Assembly (NCBI GenBank): GCA_001600695.1
Contig: BCKQ01000018.1
Span: 133,480-143,253, forward strand
Length of the DNA stretch: 9,774 nucleotides
Reading direction: 5' to 3'
Source of the DNA: Ascoidea asiatica JCM 7603
Taxonomy: Eukaryota > Fungi > Ascomycota
A model generated the notes under the pieces. The model made no database searches, was not told the DNA's origin, and saw nothing but the letters and a program-made list of their open reading frames with translations. Below are positions 1-9,485 of the stretch, piece by piece; within the stretch, counting starts at the first letter, position 1; each line of letters begins with the position of its first letter. The position numbers and the translations under genes were made by a program.

Positions 1-4
1 GAGT

Positions 5-11
5 ACGGGCT
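5..11 (-). other. Candidate primer-binding site AGCCCGT of the left-pointing element
   Basis: + strand acgggct at 5-11 reads AGCCCGT on -, directly after ...AATCCGCA. It mirrors 6537-6543. Confidence 0.4.
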
Positions 12-407
12 TGCGGATTACAGATTATTCCCGGCAATTAGTGCGATTGTCTACCCCCACTGGAAAGTGGGCTGATTGGTTTTACTATGGTGAAATTTAA
101 ATGTGAATTTCAATTGATTTCTAATCAAGTTTTCAACCCTTTTTACAACGTAAACTCGATATCCCCCGCCCCGTGATTTTACGTAGCATCCCTGGGACTT
201 TTGGGAATTCCCCAGAATTATCGATAGTTCTGGACCCTTAGCGAATCCAGCATTAATATAAAAAGAATCGATTTCCTTTTATTTTTTTATATAAGTTATT
301 CAGTTTTGTTTTTAGATCATCGATTAGCACGGGTTAATTGATTAATCATAGTTTGTAAGTACGTAAAATTTATATATTCCATTTTGTAAAATGAATGAAA
401 ATGCACA
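12..407 (-). repeat. LTR-like repeat, family B, left copy (~396 bp, reading outwards)
   Basis: The reverse complement of 122-407 aligns to 9486-9774. On - it starts TGTGCATT and the proposed end is AATCCGCA (TG...CA with a short imperfect inverted terminus). It is followed by AGCCCGT, like the 6117-6536 LTR. The repeat itself is certain; LTR identity and the end at 12 are inferred. Confidence 0.65.
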
Positions 408-446
408 AAATTCTTTACACCATTAACAGAGTTAAAGGTAGTGATG

Positions 447-3287
447 TTAGTAAGCCCTTGCCTTATAATAGGTTTTATTTTTTTTATTAAAATTATTAGC
501 AGTTTTATAGGTGTTTGAATTTGATGTACAATCATAGCAGGAGTTGTTTTTATTACCATTTTCTGATTTAGTTGAAAAAGTTTTATTTTTATTCTCATGG
601 TTAGGGTCCGTTGCGTGATATTTAAGATTTGAATTACTAGAAATAAAAGTTTTGTCACATAAAACAAGTTCAGAGATCATTGAACTGTTTCTATTGTAGT
701 AATTGTAACATTCTTCAGTATTATTAATATTGCCATGTTTTTTGAGAAAAATAGGAACTACTGAGTTTGAAGGAACAAAACACTGAATTTTTTATCCGGA
801 GAACTGGATAATTTTTTAAAACCAAAAATCATTTTTCCAACACAAATTTAAGAATTTTTACATGGAGATAAAATGGGAGGATTGTAAGCGAATTTGCATT
901 TTTTAGATAGAAGTTCAAAGATGTGTTTGAAGTATTTAGTTTTGTTAATTCGTTAAGCAGTCGTTCACACCAGATAGAACTGTAAATATTAGCATACGGA
1001 CTGTCCTAAACTCTATTATTAGCCAATTTAGCACCAGTAAACTCAAAATAGTAGAAATCATCAAACGAAGTGGAGATAGTATTGGCTTCAAAATATGAAT
1101 AAATGATATTCATTTATTCAGAAAATTGATTAAAGAAAAAAACAACAAAACTAAAATCAAAATCAAAAAACAAATTAATAGTGTTTCTACTTTTATCGAT
1201 AGTTAATAAATGTTTATTGAACACTAAGCAACAGTTAATGTTTGGAGGACTAATACAAATTTAATTATTACCAGTAGCGTGAACAATCAGTTAAAAGACA
1301 TTTCGAAATCATACATAGTAGATGGTAATGAATTTCTTGATTGAAATTAATTAAAGTAAGGATTTGTTCTGTTAACTGATATTTATCCCTAGCATCAAGG
1401 CGCAGAGAATATGGAAAATGCATAACACCATTACCATTAATATCATCTTTATTTTTAATGGAATCATTATTTTCCGAGGCTCTAATTTCAGGAATAGCCT
1501 GATTGATATTAGGAATATCAACTGAAAAACATCTCTTTATCTACTTAAAGCTCCTCGTAAATCCTAAAAGGATTTTCAAAAAAAGCTCTTTGTTAATAGA
1601 AGAAGATAAATGTTCAAGTGAAACAATGTTATTATTAATAAACATTCTAGAAAAAACATTAGTATAATTACGGTTGCGGTTATTATTTAATCTGGAAAAA
1701 TCATAATCCTTGAAAGTTGGATGAAAATTTAATTTAATGTTGGTAGAGTCGAATCATTTTTTATAATTGTTACAAGGAAAGAGTTTTGGCATTTTGAAAC
1801 AAGCAATTGTGTAGAGATTACGAAGATCTTCCAAAAAATGTCTTGAAATTTGAATTGAATTTACATGAATGATATTAGTATTAAATTTATAAGAATTATA
1901 CATAGCAGGTATTTTAATTGAAGAAACTTTTTTCTCAAAATTTCAAACCTTTTCGAACATTTAGTGTTTTTAGTAATATGGAGAATTCAAAAATAACATT
2001 TATTGAATAATTGAGCATGTAATGAATTATCACGAGCCTTTTTATAATAAACTAATAACTGATAAAATTTCGTTAAATCATTAGCAAACATGGGACAAAC
2101 AGCATATTGGCTGTTAAAACTGTTACTTTTGGTGCAACGTTTACCTTCAGGATGTGATTGATAAAGTTCATCATCATAGATACTTTTTAATGGAGGATCT
2201 GTTTCAGAAAAATGTATTAAATCTTCATCATAATGATCAGGTAAAAAAGAATCATTGTCAGCCGTATTGGAATTACTTTTAAAGACGAAACTTTAGAAGT
2301 TTCATTACAGGGAGCTACTTTGAATCGTAAAAGTGAAGGGGATTGTGAGTTGAAATTTTGACCTAAAGAGGTTTTATTAGATCTTATAAAGTTTCCTATA
2401 TACTATTCGGCAATACGGTTGCAAAAAGTTTTATAAAAGAGGTTTTGCGATAATTGCATATATGAATCTGGATATTTTAGTAATTCTTGGTGGTTCCCAA
2501 TTGAGAATTTGAATTTTGACTTTGCCAAACACAATATCGTGAAACGCTTGATTTTGAATAGAGACATCTGAATTTTCTTAAATATTATTGTTTAAAAATT
2601 GTTTAATAATAGCCTAATTATGTGGGGAAATATCATTTTGTTCAAGAAATACACCAGATTCATGTTTAGTAATAAATTGAAATGATTGAGGTAAAGAGAA
2701 TATCCCCTGTACAAAAGTATCAAGCTGACCCGATTTTAAAACAGGAGCTTGGATAACGTAAAATCGTAATTTAACAATATGATTATCTTAATTGTTAGAA
2801 TTATCATTATATGAATGATTATCGTCTGTAATTTATTTACTACGTGATTTGATAAATGGTTTGGTGAAGTGCTCATTAAGAAAGGTACCACATATAGGAT
2901 TATTAGGGTTATTATTTTTTAAAAAGGGAATTCTTCCAGTGCTATTTTTTCTTTCAACATCAATGCACGTTGTTTGTTCAGCACGTAATAATAATGGCTG
3001 ATATTCTATAATTTTGGCTTGACGATCAGCATCTTGATTAATCTAATTTTGGTTAATTTATTCAACTGTAATACATCAAAAAAATTGATTCGGTAATGAA
3101 TAAAAGAATTCAAAAGAGGATTTTGTGAGGACGCTGGAACAAAATGATTTATTTTTTCAAATTTAGAAATTAATTGAATATATTCTTGAAAATTATCATT
3201 ATTTAGTTTAGCCACTAGAGATTTATCAAAATTAGCGTCAATAGGAACGGCAGTCATTTAGAAACCAGAAATTTAAAGAATTGACAT
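447..3287 (-). pseudogene. Long decayed ORF (~2.8 kb) encoding an unrecognised Asn/Ser/Phe-rich protein
   Basis: ATG at 3287 (aaaATGtca context) is in frame with track ORF 3006..3257 through two TAA. Protein-like segments can be chained across frameshifts, e.g. YQPLLLRAEQTTCIDVERK, FYVIQAPVLKSGQLDTFVQGIF, DHYDEDLIHFSETDPPLKSIYDDELYQSHPEGKRC, VDIPNINQAIPEIRASENND, FDDFYYFEFTGAKLANN, ending in track ORF 447..680. No family motif recognised. Confidence 0.6.
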
Positions 3288-3299
3288 TTTAATCTGATT

Positions 3300-4790
3300 G
3301 AATAGAAATAAACAAAATTGTAATAAAAAAAGTAAAATTTTAAAATTAATAAATAAAATAACCAAGATGGTTTAAAAAAAAGAAGTTTGCACTACTATTA
3401 AATTAATTGAAGTACTCTTGAATTATTAGCGATTGAATAAGAGTTTTATATTTCAGAATAAATTAATGAAAATTTAGGAAAAAAATCGAATAAGTGAGAT
3501 TGAAACTCAAAAATAATAAAAGTTTAAAAGAAATAACTTTTTACAAAATAGACAAGAAATTTGTGTAATGTTAGTTAAATTTATTAGATACAAACAACTG
3601 TGCGTAATTGTTTCAGGAAATAATGTTTTTAACTATAACGAATATTTTTGTCAAAATAATAGAAATTACTCTGAAGAAAAAGATTTAGGATTTGTAATAC
3701 TTTTATACAAACAAATTTAAAGATATATGAAATTGAATTTTAATTGAGAGTTAAAGGGAACAAAAATATTTGCAAACAAGAACAATATCAATAGGTATTC
3801 AGAAATCTTAATAAAGGTAATATCAAATATATGGTTAGTGGTATCAAACAATTCAAATAGAAGAACTAATTTAGTTGTTTGGAGTTTTAGGATTAGTATT
3901 AATAAAATTTAATAAATGTTTTAATTTCATTTTCTTTTTCCAAAGAAGAATAAAGCTATCTTAATTGGTCTGTCTTCATATAATTATATATTCGATTATG
4001 TGATGAAATTAAACTAGTTTGTTAAACTAATTACAAATTCTTAAATATTTAGAAGTTTAAACCGAATAAATAACAATACCTATTATTTAAACAAATGTTT
4101 AAGTTGAGATTTGACATTTTAAGTACGAGTCAAATAAAATGAAAGAGAAGAATAATAAATAGTATAATTTCTTTTTCAAGGTTGGAATTTAATCAATGAA
4201 ATCGTTATTAACATTTTTTTAAAAAATTAAAATTTGAATAATATTTATAACCCTAAACAGAATAAATAAAAATTAATAATCTTGAAGATGTTAATATTCG
4301 AATGATATCTTCAATAGAACAAGGATAATAAGAAATTGAGCGGCGATATATGAAAAATTATAATTTTGAAAGAAGTTACAGATCCTATACTAATTTTTTT
4401 GGTAAACAATATAAACAAGAGCTTCAATTTCTCTAGAAATGAAGATCAAATTTAAATAGATTGTAAATCATTAGTTTAATAATATTTCATTAAATCACAG
4501 ACGCTGATACTATTCTGGTGAATTTTAAGTGACTATTTTTGATCTAAGTTAATAAAAAAGTCGATGTTTATTAATTGATGAGTAATAGAACTATGTTATT
4601 CACGAAAATAGAAAATAAATGAAGAAACAAAAGTGAAAAAATATATTTTATCGAAGTAATTAACGTCAATAAGCCATAAGAAATATAAATATATTTTCTC
4701 ATACTAACTATAAAAGTGGTAACAAAATAACTAAGTTGCTTCTTTACCGATTTTCGACTTAATTAATTAGCTAAACCAGAAATCAAAAAT
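3300..4790. other. Extremely AT-rich, ORF-free spacer
   Basis: No ORF in the supplied track. A-rich on + and scarce G/C by eye. Confidence 0.6.
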
Positions 4791-4799
4791 GTTTTAGGA

Positions 4800-6116
4800 G
4801 ATCGGGAGACTGGTCTAACAGGTTTTGCATGTAATAACCATGACCTGCTCAGGAAAACCTCATTACCAACACAAAGCCTTGTTTACACTAATTGTAATAT
4901 TAAAAACAAAAGCAAAGAGCATAGTTAGGTTACGAAATATCCATTATCATGAAACTGTCGAACGGTTTCAGGAGGCTTCCAAAGTAGTAGTAAGCATCAA
5001 AACTTTATAATTAATGAGTAGGAACATGGAATTGCAATGTTGTAGCAAAGAAGATAACAACTACTTTAAGAGATGCCGTAAATTCAAGTGAATATTAGAA
5101 ATATATTAATTAAAAACTATTTTGTTTTGTAGTGGACGTTTACATGTGTAACCGTTCTTCCAAATTATGAACTGTGATTTGCATTATAAACGAAATCTTC
5201 ATGGGCACATTTGATGGGTTTTAAGTTAGTGGTTGTGGATTTAGATTCACACCAACAAACACAATAACTCTGCTACCGTAGACAATCTTCGGAACTAAAT
5301 GGGGACCATCAATTGCATATATTAAAAATATCCCAGTCAATTATGTTTATTTAGGGACGTTGGATTATAATATTATCTGCAAACTGGAATTGATTTGGTT
5401 CATCCATTGCTTACATAAATTGAACAACACCAGGTTGAACAGTGACTGGTTTGTTTTGCTCCCCGGTTTAGAAGAAGGGGCCAGTAGATCTTTGGAAGTT
5501 AGTTGTTTGCAATTGTCCCTTTGGATCAATTCGGGTAGTAAGCAATCTATTCGTTTATTTGCAGATTGGTTTGTTATAATCTAGGCTAATTTCTAGAAGT
5601 GGAGGATTAAAAGAGTGGTATAAATCGTCTCTAAAGAGCCGCAAGTATAAAAAGTGTGTCCCTAATTCGGACCTAAAGTAACAGAAATCTTATTGTACTG
5701 ATGGTTGGGTCACCTTTGGGTTGACAGTATAGTTGCTCTCTCGAAATTGAAATGCACTCGGTAGAGGAAACAGCAGCATCGGGATGTGACAGACAGTACT
5801 ACCAGATCGTTTGACTTTTACCAATATAACGATAACCAACAGTTCGACTACTACTGGGATAGTACTTTATAGGTAATATTTGACAAAACCTTTGGTGAAT
5901 TAATTGCGGTTCACTAGAAAGATAACGACATAACATACTGGCGCATATGGGTAATAAGTGTTAGAATCCGATGGAACAATCCTATTTGTAAGACAGCTTT
6001 TCAGAATATTCTTTTTTTACGTTTTACGTGCATATATGTCACGCACTGTAAAATGGTCATGTACGCCCTGACTTCAATTTTACATTTGTACTAAAACATA
6101 TTCTAAGTGCACAAAC
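4800..6116 (-). pseudogene. GC-richer decayed coding relic of unknown (possibly viral) origin
   Basis: Visibly higher GC than the flanks. One - frame gives long protein-like text broken mainly by TAA: ...FQFRESNYTVNPKVTQPSVQ*DFCYFRSELGTHFLYLRLFRDDLYHSFNPPLLEISLDYNKPICK*TNRLLTTRIDPKGQLQTTNFQRSTGPFF*TGEQNKPVTVQPGVVQFM*AMDEPNQFQFADNIIIQRP*. Boundaries are approximate. Confidence 0.4.
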
Positions 6117-6536
6117 TGTAGTATTCGAATTTGAAATCAAGTTTTGATTTTCAAATTACATAGTCAACGCGAATTCCACTATAGATTCTACACTGCAATT
6201 TCATCTAATTAGTACTTTGCTTTATATTATTTTCTTTGATGAAAATAATATAAATACTCCTTTGATATCCCTTTTATTTTATTTAATAAATTTTTTTTAT
6301 TTTTACCAAATTATATATATAACAATAATATAATTCCAAAAGTCAGTTTAACCATATCTCAATAGTTTTACACTCTCTTCTGGTTTATATTTAATTTTGA
6401 TATCCAATATTTGGTCACTTGATTTCTCATGTTCGAATTTGAAATTATTAAATTTTCTATGCTTCCGGTTTCCGGTAATCCCTTTTTAATCAACGTTAAA
6501 TAAGCTTACGGACTTTTAGATTCTTGAATACCTACA
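6117..6536 (+). repeat. Candidate 5' LTR (~420 bp) of the copia element
   Basis: Starts TGTAG and ends CTACA. Imperfect terminal inverted repeat: tgtagtattcgaatttgaaa versus reverse complement of the end, tgtaggtattcaagaatctaaaa. Contains a TATA-like tatatatataa (~6312-6322) and lies ~360 bp upstream of gag. The flanks (caaac / agccc) are not a TSD, as expected for a 5' LTR rather than a solo LTR. No second copy is present in the window to confirm it. Confidence 0.55.
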
Positions 6537-6543
6537 AGCCCGT
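6537..6543 (+). other. Candidate primer-binding site AGCCCGT
   Basis: Immediately 3' of the terminal CA of the candidate LTR. The same 7-mer follows the CA of the family B left copy (5-11, - strand). Confidence 0.4.
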
Positions 6544-6895
6544 TGTCTAGTTCGCACGGATCTTTTTTGCAATCTACTGGATTAGTCCAGAGGTACTGTG
6601 TATGATTACTATGGTTGCCAAGGGGCCATTGACAAGTTTCTGTGAGATTATTTGTTTTAGAAGAAAGCTTCCTGACAGCAGAAAATACTTTTTGTTTTTC
6701 CCCTCTTCAGTTAGTTGTGAAATGGAAACAAAAAATTAAAATAAAAAAAGAAATAAAATAAAAATAAAACAATTTTTTTTTTATTTAGTTTATATCTTTA
6801 TTCAATTATTATATTTTAAAATCATTAACTGAAATAGAAAAATTACTTTTAATTCCGTCTGGCTTCAAAATATTAGAGGTTATTCTTTAGGTACT

Positions 6896-9485
6896 ATGGA
6901 AATAGAACAAAACACATATAGAAATTTAATAACTTCATTAACCAAAAATGCTTTAATGAGAAAAGCTGATGCTGGTGTTAAATTTCCTTTATTTCCCGAA
7001 TGGTTCATTGGTCGTGTTAGTTACTTGTAAGCTCATATTCAGTTTGAAGGCCTGCTAGTTGGGAATCACATTATCAATTACTGATCGTCGCTTTCCAAAA
7101 CATTGGCTGTTGGAAGCAAATCTCTTTTCGCTCTAGACTTAATTAATCAGTTTCACACCAATTTAAGTGGTGTTCAATTGTTTCTAGCTATTAGAACCCA
7201 ATATGCTATAATTACTGCTGGTGATGAAATTCAACTAATTGATCAATTATTTTCAAAATTGAAAACATAGAATGGTGTTGAGGTTTGTCAGCAATTTAGT
7301 ATTCTAATGTTTTATATTCCTGAGTTTGCTAAGTTAGGTTCTCGTTTAGCTTTAACCTGTTTGAATAAAGAACAAAGATTAATTAGCATAAATTTTCTGA
7401 GATTTTTGCTAAAGATAATGCAGGTAAGCAAAGACTGAATAAAAGTTCTTTATCAAACTTTTTAATTGAAATTGATGAATTTTCTGCAAAATCTGATAAT
7501 GATAGAACCTTATTCGGATAATGCTATTATAACAGTGGTGGTAACAACATTAATAAGAACAATAATAAAAAGCAGACTAAAAAGAAATTTTGGAAGAAAC
7601 GTAAAACTAGTAAACCTGATTTTAAAAATGATGTTAAACAACATAATCAAAGTAACGAGTCTAATAAAAGGGATGATACGGAAAAAACTTTTGTTTTAAA
7701 TTCAAATGATGATGATTATGATGATCAATTTTCATGCTCTGTCAGGGAGAATGCCTTACTATCTAAGGTTAACAATAAAAAACATTATGATATTGATTCA
7801 GGTTCGAGAATTGAAATAACAGATGATCTTGCTGATATAGTTACTCCATCTATTAAAAATTTAAAACTTCAGGTCAATGGTGTTTCTGAAGGCAGTATCG
7901 CTACAACACGTTGTATTCTTAGTTCTTCATTGACTTCTACGACGGTTCTTTATGTTCCTGATGAGGATTACAAAATGTTAGCTTTAAGTAGATTACTTGA
8001 AACAGGTATAAAATATAACGTTTATCCTGATAAAATGGATTTGATTAAAGGTTCTAAAACATTTACTGCTAAATTAAACACTGGTTTATACTTCTTAAAC
8101 ATTTGTAAAATGCCAGATAGATTATCTGTTTTTGGTCGTTCCACGGATTCAAAACATCCTGAAAAAAATTCAACCAAATTTATAATTCAAACTTTCTATA
8201 AACAATTAAATCATTTCCCATTGAAACCTTTACTTTTTGAATTATCGAAACAAGGTTATTTTAATGTTAGACAAGGACGCTATCAGTGCATCTTCTACAT
8301 TCTCTAATGAAATGAAACGTAATAAAGGTTCTGGTAGAACTTCAGATAGTTCACATTTAGTATGCGGTGAACATTTTAGCGTTCATTTAATAGGTCCTTT
8401 TACACACTTGTTGGGCTATCATTGCAATTGATGACAAAAGGAAATAGGCAATTGGTACAGTTATTAAATCACGAACTATTGTTTTAGATAAGTAGATTGA
8501 AATTTTAAATATCTTTAGAAACATATTATCTCTTACCGATAAGGAAATAGTCTATATTTCTGTTCTGACAATGAATTTCAAACAAAAAAATCAACTGACT
8601 ATTATAAATTAAACGATATTCAACCAAAATTTACTGTTCCTAAACACAGTCATCAAAATAGCAGTATTGAGCAATTCAATTCTTATATTGTAAGAAAAAT
8701 CAGATTACCGTTATGACACTCTGCTACTCTAATTGGATTTTGGAATTTTGCATTTATGCATAATATTTTTTCATAATTATTTACCTGGATATAAGTCAAA
8801 GTGTTCTCCATGGGAAATAATTAGAGAAACTGAAAAAGTTGTAAACATGAAACAATTATATGTTTTTGGTTCTTAACCTTATAGATATGATGATTCAACT
8901 ACTAATAAATTAACTCCAAATGCTTCACCAGGTATTTGCTTAGGATATGCTATGTCTAATAACATTATTTATTTTTATCAAAATGGTAAAACATCTAGAG
9001 TTGCATGTTTTAAAATTGGGGCAAACAATTAGTTTTTTAAGACTTTAAATTGTTCATCCTTTTCTTCGTCAATTAATGGGTATTATACAGCTGATTTAAT
9101 GGATTCACATGGTACAAATTATTTTAATCCATCTTAATTATTGATCATTCTCAAACCTCTAAGTCTACTTCAACAAATGATGATAATTGTTCTTTTAATG
9201 CTCCTGAACCTTTAATTCCATCTAAAGACCCACAGATGATACTTATAGTGAGCTTGCAAAAGCAGCTAGGTTTGAATTGCTTTTAATTAAAACTTAATAG
9301 TAAATCTGACATTCGTACACATCCTGATGAGGCTTGTCTATTTAAAGAATGGAAAGAAGCAATGTTAAAAGAAATCAACAGTTTTGAATCAAATGATTCC
9401 CTCAAACCATATTATTATTTGAATATTACTAAAGATGATAAAATTTTAAACACTAGCTGGGTATTTGTCAAGAAAACTTATGTGT
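6896..9485 (+). pseudogene. Gag-Pol polyprotein pseudogene of the copia element (multiple stops and frameshifts; RT core and RNase H absent)
   Basis: Frame from ATG 6896 (MEIEQNTY...) has in-frame stops. The frame 7522-8307 is open and contains the PR motif and track ORF 7930..8307. The C-terminal part of track ORF 8237..8431 carries the integrase core start. The HHCC motif is eroded and the first catalytic Asp reads His (SVHLIGPF versus the typical xxDLxGP). Confidence 0.88.

Larger units (their letters stand above)
6117..9485 (+). mobile_element. Degenerate, 3'-truncated Ty1/copia-superfamily LTR retrotransposon (gag-PR-IN-RT order)
   Basis: Hand translation across frames gives copia-order motifs: protease IDSGS (DSG 7795-7803), VLYVP (7945-7959), GLYFL (8083-8097), integrase HFSVHLIGPF (8372-8401), SDNEF (8564-8578), TVPKHSHQNSSIEQFN (8633-8680), KLTPNASPGICLGY (8907-8948), RT start WKEAMLKEINSF (9350-9385) and WVFVKK (9458-9475). 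Integrase before RT is diagnostic of Ty1/copia. The left boundary comes from the candidate LTR and is less certain. Confidence 0.9.

Noticed and set aside
317-667. Track ORF, 116 aa (-)
   Set aside because: Alternative-frame shadow of the pseudogene end that runs across the junction into the family B repeat. Ile/Lys-rich, no start support.
4825-5010. Track ORF, 61 aa (+)
   Set aside because: Short, no recognisable motif, antisense to the putative relic.
5360-5584. Track ORF, 74 aa (+)
   Set aside because: Best explained as the antisense shadow of the more protein-like - strand frame.
6124-6445. 14 bp direct repeat ttcgaatttgaaat (6124-6137, 6432-6445) as a TSD or paired LTRs
   Set aside because: Homology does not extend, it is too long for a copia TSD, and both copies lie inside the candidate LTR.
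6600-6837. Possible intron in the gag leader (GTATGA or GTTAGT donor, cATTAAC branch, AG at ~6837)
   Set aside because: The signals are degenerate and common in AT-rich DNA, and no upstream coding exon is evident.
7466-7699. Track ORF, 77 aa (+)
   Set aside because: Out-of-frame shadow of the Asn/Lys-rich gag C-terminus. The frame continuous with the protease is a different one.
7968-9332. CTGATGA motifs (hammerhead core or snoRNA box-like)
   Set aside because: Both encode Pro-Asp-Glu within pol, and I found no supporting stems or GAAA partner.
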